Notes under the pieces: model-generated | The model's database searches: none | What the model was told of the DNA's origin: nothing | The model's input: the letters and a program-made list of their open reading frames with translations, nothing else | Shown: positions 26,379-38,849 of the stretch, piece after piece | Numbering within the stretch: the stretch's first letter is position 1 | Layout: the number at the start of each line of letters is the position of its first letter | Program-made: the position numbers and the translations under genes | From: Carcharhinus longimanus | Lineage: Eukaryota | DNA: 64,000 nt | Assembly (NCBI GenBank): GCA_030264375.1 | Contig: JASCQW010000162.1 | Coordinates: 111,963,290 to 112,027,289 of the forward strand | Direction: 5' to 3'

Positions 26379-27344
26379 GTTTGTATCCGTGTAAGGGTAG
26401 TATAAACGGAAATATAAATTTAAAAATACAAGCACATTTTAATTAGATATCAACATTTCTGTACTTTTCCCTTGTCGAAAGGCACAAGACACACTTTTGG
26501 CATTCTGCCATTGTCATGGTTGCAAGAATTATTTACAGTTTCTCCTATCTCTCGCAAGTGTATGAAATCATATATAAATTCGGTACTTGGTACAAACACT
26601 TCAAATCTGCTACTGCAGCCGTGGCTCTTTTGCACTGAACCATAACATATTGTACTTACTATCAAGCTGCTTTGGTCAAAATATTTATAGAACTAACTTG
26701 ACAGAAAGGGACCACAGGATCGTAGGCTGAAATCTAAAATAGAAGCCACGACAATTGCATCATCCTCAACAGTACTGACAATTTTGTGGAGGTGAGGGGG
26801 GCGGGGGGGAGTGTTGGAAAGATTGCTTACACAAAAGTGCAAGAAGGAGCTCTAATGTCATGCAGCCGAAACGTGTGTTAAGAAAGACGATAAAAAATAC
26901 TAAATTACGTACAAATCGAGGGGAAAATGCGATCATTTTGATGCACGAAAACAGTTAGTTCTGAGTGTCTGTCTGGCCAAATTTACTCGGAATGAAAACA
27001 ACTGCACACAACCGGATATGCGACAGGCAACCAGCTTCCATTAACAACGGCAATTTGATCCAAACTCCAAGTGTAACTAATTGCTTATTAAAATATAATA
27101 ATGGCGAATCGGTCATCGATAAGTTCCATCAGCTGGGTGTTTGGAAAGAGGGAGGTGGGGGGAGGACACAGGATAACTCAAAGGTGCAGCTGACATTTAC
27201 AGTTCGGGAGTAAATTCCACATGTATGACGCGGTCAACATGGTTAGACACACGTGGCTGGCTGGAGTTTCAAGGTCAGTCTATAAAAATTGGCGTCAACA
27301 CCAGATGAGGATGGACAGAGTTTTGTTTGAACCATCTTGCAGCG

Positions 27345-27509
27345 TTATTCTTCCTGATTAACTTCAGAGGGTGATGGGGAATTCTCCATCTGTTTCTCGG
27401 CTTGCTTTACCTTCTCCTGTTCGGAAAGTTGCTCGCTTGTAGGAATGGAATTCTTCTTCGGGCGACCTTTCGGCTTTGTCGGGGATTCCAAACCTCCGCC
27501 TTGCAACAC
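27345..27509 (-). CDS. BARX1: BARX1 coding exon 4: [54 protein letters not shown]
   Basis: Translated by hand. Acceptor TTTAAAAG| at 27510. Contains the Barx basic region [18 protein letters not shown] stop at 27347-27345. The four exons total 750 nt = 249 aa + stop. Confidence 0.96.
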   Translation of the reverse strand: MLQGGGLESPTKPKGRPKKNSIPTSEQLSEQEKVKQAEKQMENSPSPSEVNQEE

Positions 27510-27603
27510 CTTTTAAATAAAATCAAATAAAAGCTCAGCAACAAACCACTACCACCTACAGAGCCAGCTCCACCATCGCAAATGCCTTCCCTTGAATACT
27601 TAC

Positions 27604-27688
27604 TATTTTCTTCCACTTCATTCTTCGGTTTTGGTACCAAGTTTTCACCTGAAGTTGACTAAGGCCCAAAGATTCCGCTAGGTCTATC
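27604..27688 (-). CDS. BARX1: BARX1 coding exon 3: (R)[28 protein letters not shown], homeodomain helix 2/3
   Basis: Acceptor TACAG| at 27689 and donor ATA|GTAAGT at 27603. 85 nt. Bar-class TWYQNRR signature (Y at homeodomain position 49). Confidence 0.97.
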
Positions 27689-28440
27689 CTGTATTTAAAA
27701 ATAGAAGTAAATATATTTGGGCAAATCAGAATAGAATGCATTTTAAATCGCTTTGGCCCCGTTAGTAAATGCGCGCGTCCTTGTCACAATAATTTCACTT
27801 GCTGGATGGTCTTTGTAAATGAACGCTGTGCTTTGGGAATGATATACCAAAGTCGCTGGTGCAGCGAAAACTAATACATTGGGTTGCCTGTTCTAACTTC
27901 TCCTCTCCCCTCCGATTACTACCAGTACTAAACCCGAAGGAAATATTCCAAATACACAAATCGCTCTCATTCGCTATTGGAACTGATCTGCACGTTTAGA
28001 TTGTGGGGAGAATATTTATTGGGAACATCACGGATATCTGGATGAAATGGTGGTGCGTGCCACATTGGATCCTCATATCTGTATATGTTTCAGCTGATTT
28101 GGCATGAATGAGTTTGTGTATTCTTGTTTCATTCCTACGTTTTGTTGTTGTCTCACAATCCCCGTACTGTTCATTGGTAGGGTCAAAGCTATCTAACTGA
28201 TTTTAGGAACGGGGATTTTGCCAATCGGTTTCAACTGAAAACGGCAAGTTTTAACGCAATGAACAGTTAAAGCATTGCCCGCAATTAAATATTTAAAGTA
28301 ATATCAAATGAGATGTTGTAGAGCAGCAGAATGCAAACCAGCGTTCTCTGTTGAGTTATATCCGTCTGTACAAAATGCCATGTTATGCTTTCTAAAATGT
28401 ACTTACTATTTTTTAAAATAGTGTCAATATTCAAAGTTAC

Positions 28441-28735
28441 CTGTCTGGCGTTGAGAGATATTTCTGCTTTTCAAATCGTTTCTCGAGTCCCATTAGTTGG
28501 AGTTCAGTGAAGACCGTTCGGCTCCTCCTGCCTTTTTTTGCCTTGCTCCCCGGTTCGGGACCTTGTTCGAGCTTCGAGCGTAGGTGCAGGTCCAGGGGAA
28601 GGTGCGGGCCTCCGGGCCCGGTAGGCAGGCTCGATCCTCCGGATACCAACGCTGAGCCCAGTGGAGCGGCAAGACTACATGAAATCGGACCCAGCGGGAA
28701 CTTAAAAACTCCGGTGTGATCTGATTTCAGGCCAG
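28441..28735 (-). CDS. BARX1: BARX1 coding exon 2: (A)[20 protein letters not shown]...[34 protein letters not shown](R), N-terminal part of the homeodomain
   Basis: Acceptor TTGCAG| at 28736 and donor AG|GTAACT at 28440. 295 nt keeps frame (phase 1 to phase 2). Homeodomain sequence is BARX1-type. Confidence 0.97.
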
Positions 28736-30159
28736 CTGCAAGCACATCGGGCACAAATGTTACTGCCAATATTGGAGTGAACTCAAAACTTGTACTTAAG
28801 TACACTCCAATTAAAGCTGCCTTCGCCTACACAAGGAAGAACTGCGCGGTACACTTACAAAATGATACATGTCAGGGAATTGTTAAAATACATTTTCAGT
28901 GTACCATTTTGTTGCACGTAACTCGATATTATTTAAGTTTATAGATGAACAGCTATGAAGCTATCAGTTTCCGCTATGAAGATTGCCTCGTACTGTCACG
29001 ATCGTAAGAAAAAAATAGGTTTTTAAAAATCCAGTATCTCACACATATTCAACTTTGTTTTTAGCAAAAATAATATCTCGCATTTCTTAATGCAGCTAAT
29101 TGTTTGCTGGTAATTTACAAAACAAGCATTTCAAAAAAGTATCACGCATCCTTTTTAAGAAATTTAGTCGTTCGCCTTCCTTTAGAGCACCCAGCCTAAT
29201 TTCATTTAGCAACAAGTTATAAATACCATCCATTTCAGTGGGACTGCAAAGTTGTCTTTTACCCGTCTGTTGTTTTGAAGGAAACGGGAAATTATTCAAT
29301 TTACCACACCGTTCACTAATGTCTTTTGCACAACGTGCAATGGCATTACTCCGCATCTGAATTGCAATCTTCGATTGTGACCTTTCTGTTTCGCGAAATA
29401 AGTTTTACTGTTTTAAATAAGGATTGATTTTGGAGTGTTAAACTTTGGTGCAATAGGGATCATTTATGTACGTGTGCGTGTGTGAGAGAGAGAGTTGGGA
29501 GGGATGAGATTGCCCCTTTCAAAATAAATGCTACGATTATACTGGGGTTTTGGGGTTAGAATACTTCTAAACCATACGTTTCCGACCTGGGCACACACTG
29601 TTTATTCTAGGAATAATATGGTTGGGGGTCCCAGGATAATATTACGAGAAAATTAAACGCCGGATATATTTTTGTTAGATGACAGATATCCTACGAAAAA
29701 AAATATGCAACAATTATTGTAATAATGTTAAACTCAGCTTGCAGTTTTTCTTCACTGCTGCACGCTTTTCTTAGGCCTTGTCAAAAATATTTGCAGTGCT
29801 CAACTATCTCATTGCATTGCCCAACTATCTTATTGCATTGCCTCGGTTTATTTTGTTCTCTCTTTCGATTTATGAGATTGTTGTCTTCCGGACAATTTCA
29901 TTCTATGTTATTTGCTGCATATTACAAGCTACCTACGAGCTAAAGCCAGCATGGATTGTCGGCGTGGACGCTGGAGTGGGAATTCTGTCTGTGAAAATGC
30001 CCAACTGGCCACGGACTGCACACTGTGGAAAATGCTGCTCATCTGTTACAAAAGGGAAACATTCCGAGGGAGCAGATTCCGAGTGATTTTGGAGAGCACC
30101 CTTTGAATAATGTAACCCACATCGAGGAAGCATAGCGTTTAGGAAAGCTTTCCACCTAC

Positions 30160-30364
30160 CTAAATGGCTGTGGTAGGGCCGGCTGTTGAGCAGAGCATGG
30201 ACTCCGAATTTGAGGAGCTCTCCCCCGTTGGTGGTTTTGCCTGGGCCCGGGGGTTCAGTCAGTATCTCCTCGATCATAAAACTCCTGTAACGGTGAGACC
30301 TATAATCATGGATCGGCTCGTGAGGCAGGTAATGAGCTTCCAGCTCCAGGGGATTCTGCATCAT
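30160..30364 (-). CDS. BARX1: BARX1 coding exon 1 (68 codons + 1 nt): [68 protein letters not shown]; contains eh1-type FMIEEIL motif
   Basis: Matches the vertebrate BARX1 N-terminus ([18 protein letters not shown]...[17 protein letters not shown]). ATG at 30364 in AAC-ATG context. Donor TTAG|GTAGGT at 30160/30159, phase 1. Confidence 0.96.
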
Positions 30365-31700
30365 GTTTTTTTTCCCCTTTACGCCACAATCCAGCTGAGG
30401 AGGAGGAGGGGTAGTGGGGGGAGGGAGGGAGGGGTGTGGGTAGGTGAGTAAGTGAGTTGAAAGACACCAATAATGCAGGTTTGATGTTCGCCCCTCAATG
30501 CTGCTGCTCACTAAAACTCCACCAGTCCTGAGCCGCTCAGCGCCCCACGCCGGCTTTCAATTGCAGGCAATAAACTGCTTCATTTTGACACATCGGGATG
30601 GCGAGTGGTAACTTTCACAGAGCGCGATCCTGCCTCTCAGTCGCCAGCTCGATCGGCCCCGTCCTGTTTGCTTATTCACTTGTCCTCATTTGTAGCTTTT
30701 TCCGGATATCTAAACCGTACGGTCTTGTCGGGAGAGAGCGAGAGTTGGAAGGCTTGCAACATTATTAAGCCACGTGATTTCGTCTCTCTCTTTCTTTCTC
30801 TTCCTCCCCCTCTCTCTCTCCGTCTCTCTCTTTCTCTCCGCCCTGGAAAGGAACCACCCAGCACTTCACCCAGCCTATAGCAGCCCTCCTCATTCCTCAT
30901 TAACTGAAAAACATCCCGGCTGAGACCACAGGGGCTGGGCTGCGCTTGCCCCCTTGCTCCCCAAGCAGTGTGTCCCACTTTAAATTAGACTGAGTGAACT
31001 TAAACACTCCCGGGGGAGGAGAGCGGGAGGGGGGACTATATTAGTAATCAGCACTATTTAATAGCAAACACGAGTATGAAAACATTGCTATTGAATGAAT
31101 TCTGCTTTCACTGTGGAAGTAGCCATTTATTCTGATACTGCAGGTTATTGGCCACTTTACAGAGAGAGAATGTGACTTTATTCCACTCGGCTAGAGTCGA
31201 GGGGGGGGGGGCGGTTGTGCTCTGGAACAAGAGGGTAGGAAGGACGGCATATTGACTCTGATTTATTTACTCAGCTCTGCGTCGTTAAGTTTTCTAACCA
31301 GTTGCAGCGACGGAAGCTGGCACAACAAATAATGGGTTAAGATGTGTTTTTTTTGTTTTAATCAGCCTGGTTACACCGACAATTCATCTTCTCCCGTCAC
31401 GTGGCGCACCCTTCCCCGCAAGGGGCCACTTCCCGGTGGGTGAAAATGGAGGATTTGACATTGAGCACAGTGCCACTTGTCTCCCGCTTCCACGCTGCAC
31501 ATCAGCGCCGCAGAAATGGTCACCCACAACCCTGGAGCTCAGGGGAGTCCTGTCTGTAACTCCCCAAATAAATCACCAACTGAATAACCCGCAATTCCGA
31601 GCCACACCGCTGCTTTGGGCGGCTCTGCCCATTTTCCAGACTGCTTTTAAGGAGTAGCGGAAGGGTTTACATGAACGCATCGAATGCATTGTTGAACGCT
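30365..31700 (-). promoter_or_regulatory. BARX1 5' UTR / promoter region, GC- and CpG-rich, with a CT-rich tract at ~30783-30840
   Basis: Directly upstream of the start codon; high CpG density; polypurine/polypyrimidine runs. The TSS cannot be determined from sequence. Confidence 0.7.
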
Positions 31701-33767
31701 CAGTCATACAGGACACGTCTCGAGGTTGGAAACGTAGCTTGCTGTACAGAGAAACTCTCTCTCTCCTTTCACTGTAGTCTGTGGCAACTTCTAGTCCTAG
31801 TTTGAAGTGTAAAGATAAAAGATGCAAACTGGTACCGTCCAGTTAGGCAAATATTTTCTAACCGTCCCAATCCCGACAAACTTAACCCCTAGATCGGCAG
31901 AAGCAGAGATGTCAAATCTCACGTAGATATATATATATACACACAGATATACCTCTCACCCCACAAAATACTTTTCCCCACATTATGCCAGGCTCGGTAT
32001 TACTTCCTGGCCATTGGTAAAAAAGAGTGGACTATTCATTTCAAAATGTGGCTTTTCGACACTGTTGTCTCTTTCGTCCATTTTCTCCAATAACAGACAG
32101 TTTGCTATTCTCTGACAAACATGCCAACAATTTCGTTTTACACTTACAGCGGGCAAGGATGGAACAATCTTTCGCCTTACTTTAAAATGTGTGTTGGGGA
32201 GTGGGGGTGGGGGGGGAGGGTGGAATTCGCTTCGCACTGTTGTTGGTCTGGCTTTTCCAATATCATTTGTATTTGTCAGCAGTGGTCAAGGCTGCGTATC
32301 CCCCCTCCCCTCCCCTCCCCCACCCCATCCCCCACTCAGCATCAATTCACGGATAAGTCCATTTCTAAAGAAAGGCACATAAAATATATATTGCCACTTA
32401 TCTCAGTCTCATTTCTATTCTACGAAATGGAAATCGACCACAGCTAATTCCTCCTGACAATATGTTACACACATCACAATAACAGCAGAAATATCTGTTC
32501 ACGGTGAGAGTGGGGAATCCGGGATGGCGAATTGCCTCCCCAGGATAGCTTCCATCTATAAGACTTCATCTAATGAGGTTTCACTGTCATCATAACGATG
32601 CAGTTTTACAGCGGGCTGTTTGATCCAATTATTGAATGGGGAAGCGCAAGATTGGGAGGTGTGGTTAAACCCGTTTGCTTCTCAATATGATACTTCCTGT
32701 TCCATCCCACATAACACAATAAGGGAAAAATTGCTTTATTAAAATTATCCGAGGGATCCCCTATTGCTATAATGTGTTAGATATATCCGTTTACTGTGCA
32801 ATTGAATGTGTTTTCCGTTCTTTTTTTGAAAAGTTCCTTTGCAATCATGCCACCCATGTTTCCCGTTCGCCAACAAAAGCGGAATGAATGATCGAAAACT
32901 GCCAGTGACAGGCATGCTACACATTCACCAAACCCTCATTACATAGAGTGGAACTCCACCCGCACCCCAGCCTACAGTTGAGATCTGAAAAGCTACCGAA
33001 GTATGTGTTTTTTTTCAGTGGCAATTGTTAAAGTTTTTCTAAATCGCACCCCGCGACACATTGAAATACCGTTTGTGTGTGGAATAAGTATCTGAATTGT
33101 AACCGGCCCCTCAGCTCGATGAAGCATAAACTGTATGAGATGTTTTAATTTCGAAGTTTCTAATGCCTGGGCAATTCTAATGAGATTACACCACGCAATG
33201 TTTGGGAGTTCAAGGAGAGCGTTAAATAAATTAACTAGAGGGGGCCCTCCACACATCCCGTGTAGAACATTTTCTCTCATTTTAAACTGAAATGTTAAGG
33301 CTCCAGGACATTACATAAAATGCATTTTGTAAATTTAAGTGTCAGGATAATGTATTGCTCCTGTAACCTAATTAGGTCACCTGACACATTGGCAACCTTT
33401 GATTAATGCATTGTTTACTTCAGCTTTGATTAAATCAGTGCAAGTCAGTCTATCGCTGGTCCACGTAGACACAGGGAGACTCCGCTTAGACAGCGACCCA
33501 AGCCGGGAATCGAACCCGGTGTCCCTGGCGCTGTGAGGCAGCAGTGCTGACCACTGTACCGCCGGTGTTAGTCCGAACTTTTCGCCTTATTATTCCCTCA
33601 AATCAAACCTTTACATTAAAAAATGAGTATTTGACACGTCTGCATTTTGTTACAGTCACACAGGTAAATATTAACTATTTCACTCAGGTGAAGGAAGTTT
33701 TACGTTTATAACATTAAGGACAGTGTGTAAGTTTGAATACTGCTCCACATGAATTATATGCCATTTA

Positions 33768-34072
33768 TGTAGAATTCTTACAATGCAGAAAGAGGCCGTT
33801 CGGCCCATCGAGTCTGTACCGACCACAATCCCACCTAGGCTCTACTCCCGTAACCCCATATATTTACCCTGCTAATCACTCGGACACTGGGGTTAATTTA
33901 GCATGGCCAATGCACCTAACCAGCACATCTTTCGGACTGTGGGAGGAAACAGGAGCACCCGGAGGGAACCCGCGCAGACAGGGGGAGACTCCGCATAGAC
34001 AGTGACCCAAGCCGGGCATCGAACCCGGGTGTCTGGCGCTGTGAGGCAGCAGTGCTGACCACTGTACCGCTG
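33768..34072 (-). mobile_element. HE1-like V-SINE (reverse), CpG-intact; head also present at ~33465-33563
   Basis: Tail TGCAGAAAGAGGCCGTTCGGCCCATCGAGTC, V-domain and head GGCGCTGTGAGGCAGCAGTGCTGACCAC. Confidence 0.85.
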
Positions 34073-37000
34073 GTGTTAGTCCGAACTTTTCCCCTTAGCT
34101 TCCTATCCTGTATATTTCCACTTCATTTTGTCGGTAAGGCCTTGGAATTTTTTTATTCTGGTATGTTAAAACACGCGAAATATTCTAAGTGGAAAACCTT
34201 TGATTCTTGGTGTAATGTTTCAATTGGTGTGAAATCAAATTGGTGACCGCGAAAGTTGGATCCCGTTTTTATTTCCCCCTAGGCACGTTGAGGAAGTTTT
34301 TCTACAAACTGTGCACTAGGTGGAGTCTTACTGTGAGGCGCAAAGAAAACCCGCAGGAAAGAAGTTAATGCATAAACCTATCACCACAAGCAGGCCAATC
34401 GGTGCTGAACAGTTCACATTAAAATTAAAATTCAGAGCAGAAGTCGCGCCCTCAGTTTCACAGGTTGAATCGCGCCAAAGTGAAATGCAACATTTCACTT
34501 GTGCATTTGTGGTTTGATTCCGCCGCCGCAATGGTGGAGCTTTTCCTTTTCCCTCTTCATCCTCAAGCCAATCTATTAAAACCTTTTGTATTTTCAATGC
34601 ACTGTGCAATTAGAAACGGAGTTTAAAAAGTGGTTTGACCGTTACAGCATCAAGCGACTTCGCAAAACAAAACATGGGGGGGGGGGGGGGCGGCGGGAGA
34701 AGCACTACAGAAAGGGGGTGAATGTGAGGAAATATGTATTCAATTAACGAGCCACATTATGGTCAGTGGGTTTCTGAAGGTTTCAACAAGTAAAGACACT
34801 CTCTGAACCCCAGATTACTGTGGATTCTTTTTCCACGCGGGATTGAGAGCTTTTATTACTGAGTTAGAAGTTAACCACTAACAGAAAATATTTTGTTTAA
34901 ATTGCTTGGAAAACGGAACAGTCTCATCACAAATTACACAATTGTGTAGATATCAATTACTGTGCACGCATAAATTCGCCATTGTTTATATTCTGTATCA
35001 TTATTATCAGTGTTGCTTGCCATACAACGCCTCACACCTTCTTGAACACAGGGAAAACAGTCTTTTCGTTAATCTATGCTTAATTTTAAATATTTTGAAG
35101 ACAATGTAAATATGACTTTTATTGGCGATAACCCTGTACGAAAGGATTGAAATACAATTTAAGTAAACTAACATTTCTGCAGTGAGGAAGTGACCAGTCT
35201 GCCATTCCAAACGACTGCCAGAGAAACCAAAGCCAGTGACAAAGCATTTGTGGTGCTGACCCCACTTTCGCTGGTGATTCACTCTGCCGATATAAGACCA
35301 GGTGGTCTTTTCATTCCTTAAGGTGTCGCTTGCTAAAATGTTGCCTTGGCAGGGCGTTTTGAAAGCGTCGGCTGCCTTATAATAAAACTCAAACGCGGCC
35401 AGCAACGTTCGGAGCCGCATTCCCAGCCCTTAGCTTGTGAGTTGGATGAGATTGTGTGTGTTAACTGGAATGATTGGAGCAGGCAGTTGCGTACACACAT
35501 TCCAACTGAATTTAAGAGACGTATCAAGGAAGGTAAGAAAACATATATTTCCTAGATCCGATGCGCTCAATTAAAACTGAAATAATGTTTTTTAAAATGT
35601 AGATTGTTTACTTTTTTTTCTATTTGTGTAAGTCATGGAAGAGGAAAGGGACGGAATCGACACATTCTAAACTGTTCTTCCGCGGATGAATCGCACTATA
35701 GACATGTTTACAACAGGCAGATATAATTCAGCATTACCACCCGATTGACTTCTTTAGAAGGGTGATTTCGCATAGTGGAATTCCAGATTGGGACAATGTA
35801 TTTTCCATTAGGTCGGCTAAATTCTCTATAAGGCAGGATTCAGTTCAAAATATTGCTATAAGCCGTTACCCCAGAAGATGAGCAAATATGCTGGCCCACC
35901 TAGGAAAGGATGCGGATCACATTCTGCATCGCTCCTTCGAAAGAGCCATGTAACATGGTTATTATCTTTACGGTGCTAGATAAGTGTAACTTGCTGCTGA
36001 TGGTGCATTTGGTGCATGATTATGAAAATGGTGCTCTTGGAAAATGTTTAATGCGTCAAACATGATCGGTTGGTCACTTGGTCACTTGGTCGGTTCTGTC
36101 TGGCGTTCGACATTGTGAATGGGTCTTGGTTTTGTTTTAAAGGAAGTATGCTGGGATTTTCTTACTTCAGTGTAGGTACATGGGTCGCTGAGTACCCACA
36201 TTCCTTGTTAAAACTTAAATCTGATTTATTATCCCGGTATGGAGGCACTCGATTTTTATCATCGAGGTCGTGTGATTTTAGTCAAATCAGGTGAATCTTC
36301 AGGCAACTGTAAAAATTGTGGAGTTATTTAACATGGTCTTACTTACACCTTTTTATCTCTTCAGATAGCCTGGAAACTATACACATTTTAAAAAGGAGAC
36401 AAACTGTATGCTTTACTTTGCAAGGAAACGAAGTCGCTTGTTAATTATGAAAAGCGTGGCCCCCATGCTGTTTGGTTGCAGGTTGATTTTGAGTTCGCGT
36501 TAATGTTAGAAGAATCCTCGAATTAGCTGAATAGACCTATGTTTACTTTTTTTAAACGTATTTGTGACTCAGACCCCAGCAATTGATATAATAGCGATTG
36601 GTGACAAAGTTTCTGAATATCGGATTATTAATAATCACAAATAATTATCGTGCATAGGCAGCATGGGGGACAACATCATAACGTTTGGCAGCAGCTGCAG
36701 TATCACGTTGGCACACTATGTGGGTGGGTAGTAAATATGCCTATTGCAGCACTGGCATACCTGCAGAACATATGTTTGTAATTGGAAGTGACCCGCACTG
36801 AAAAACTCTACGGTATTCCAGGGAAAAAACATGGCTCAAGGGCAACAGCATGGGACAATTAGTCAATGTAACTTCCACTTTAATATTCTAACGGGGTTTG
36901 ATATTCCGGAAGTTCAGAAAAACTCGCCAGCAATAAAGTTTCCTTCCAATAATCAATAATGTAATTGCATTGACTGTTAAATAGAACAAAATGTGTGTGA

Positions 37001-37304
37001 ACAGCTCATAAATTGTCAAAAGATGAGGGATTAATGTTTTTCAGACATATCACAATAATCACTGAACTGCATATTTCTGAATTTGATTAGTATTGGGTTA
37101 AACGACGTTATGGAGAAGATTTTTATAGTGTCTGTCTATACTGCAGTCTCTATCTATTAATAAAAAACCCCCTCAGTTTTGCTAAATTTACAACCATACT
37201 GCATTAACACATGGAAACAGCGACTTCCTGGGATGCTTTCCCATTCATTTCCCCCCTCAGCGGCTCGGTAGGAATGCACAACCAAAAACGAACCAAAGAA
37301 TACT

Positions 37305-37630
37305 GCATAGAATCCCTATGGGGTCATGGAATCCTTACAGTGCAGAAGGAGGTCATTCGGCCCATCAAATGTGCACCGACACATCTTTTTATCTTACCCA
37401 GGCTCCATCCCCGTTAAGCCATGTATATACTCCGCTAATCCCCCTACCCTACACATGGCGGGACACCAAGAGGCAATTTAGCATGGCCAATCCACCTACC
37501 CTGAACAACTTTGAAATATGGGGGAGAAACCGGAGCACCAGCAGGAAACTTATGCAGACACAGGGAGAACGTGCAAACTCCACACAGTCAGCCAAGGCCA
37601 GAATCGAACCCAGGTCAGTGCTAATCACTG
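37305..37630 (-). mobile_element. HE1-like V-SINE (reverse)
   Basis: ACAGTGCAGAAGGAGGTCATTCGGCCCATC ... GGAGAACGTGCAAACTCCACACAG. Confidence 0.85.
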
Positions 37631-38849
37631 GTGGACTCATAGTCAATCACCGCAGGTGATTAAATTCAGGCCCCGTGGAAAAGGGACATAAAGTCTGTGG
37701 AAATCACAATAAGAATGATTTATTTCCAGATGCATATCTGCATTTATTACTGTATAAAGACAACTTCTTGCCCTTTAGAATAAGAGAATTGAATGGCACT
37801 GTCTTCATTGGAAGGGGGAATAGCAGGAGGAATTCGGCGGGCAAACGAGAAAGCAAAGTTTCAACGTTCCTTCTTTATGCCTTGTACGTCTTCTTTAACA
37901 TGAATGCACAAAATGATTCTCCTGTAGCACGATTGTTACTGAAAGTTCAGGCCAGTGTGAAGTTAGACGTAGAACAGACTGAACCAAAGTAACACTGCAG
38001 AGGAAAATTCCAAGCCCGCAACTCATGAGCAATTGAACATATTTTATAAACCCAGTTTTTGTAGCACAGCTGTTCAAATCACCATCATTCTACATTGTTT
38101 CTACAATCCATGGAAACTCCGGATTTGTAAAAATCGAAACGACTTTGCTGTGTTTGAGTGCACGCCGCAAAGCGATGGTAAAGATTTTGTTATTTGTTGA
38201 GAAGTATTAGTATAGTATATTAATATATTATCAAATAAAACTGCTGCTTCTGTTAAAAAAAACTTCCCACCATTCTAATGGTAACTGTGTCACACTACAC
38301 AGCTTTTTTTTTGCCTGTAGGGACNNNNNNNNNNNNNNNNNNNNNNNNNNNNNNNNNNNNNNNNNNNNNNNNNNNNNNNNNNNNNNNNNNNNNNNNNNNN
38401 NNNNNNNNNNNNNNNNNNNNNNNNCAACTACTCAAACGTGCGCCTTGGTAATGCCATACGCAGACGGCAGTCACAATCCAGTTACGTTGTCAGCTGCACC
38501 TTGCACTGACGCCAGCTGCAAAGGAAACCTTCCCGAATGTATATGTTCTTCTCATTAGGAGGCAACGCTTTAATATTCAGAGGGAGTGGTGATAATGTTT
38601 TACTGTCTTTTCTCGCATGGAAAATTGAACAAGGAGTTGAGGAAAGTTTCTGCCCGATCTCACGCAAAAGTGCAGCCCAATTGTGCGAAGCCTGAGAGTA
38701 TTTACACTGGAAATGTGTGTTCCTGTAGGAATGACAGAGTTGTAGTATCACTGCGCATTGAACAGATCTGACTCCTGCCAAAATCAGAATAAGAACCTGA
38801 TTTCAGTTTGAGATCACATAATGCAGGTAGATCATACTGCTTCACTGGG

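Noticed and set aside
28736-28805. ATG-started N-terminal part of the 122 aa ORF (MYLSTSFEF...)
   Set aside because: Lies upstream of the exon 2 acceptor; intronic, with no similarity to BARX1.
29933-30159. 192 aa ORF continuing from BARX1 exon 1
   Set aside because: Read-through into intron 1 past a strong GT donor. BARX1 similarity stops at HSHL and resumes in exon 2.
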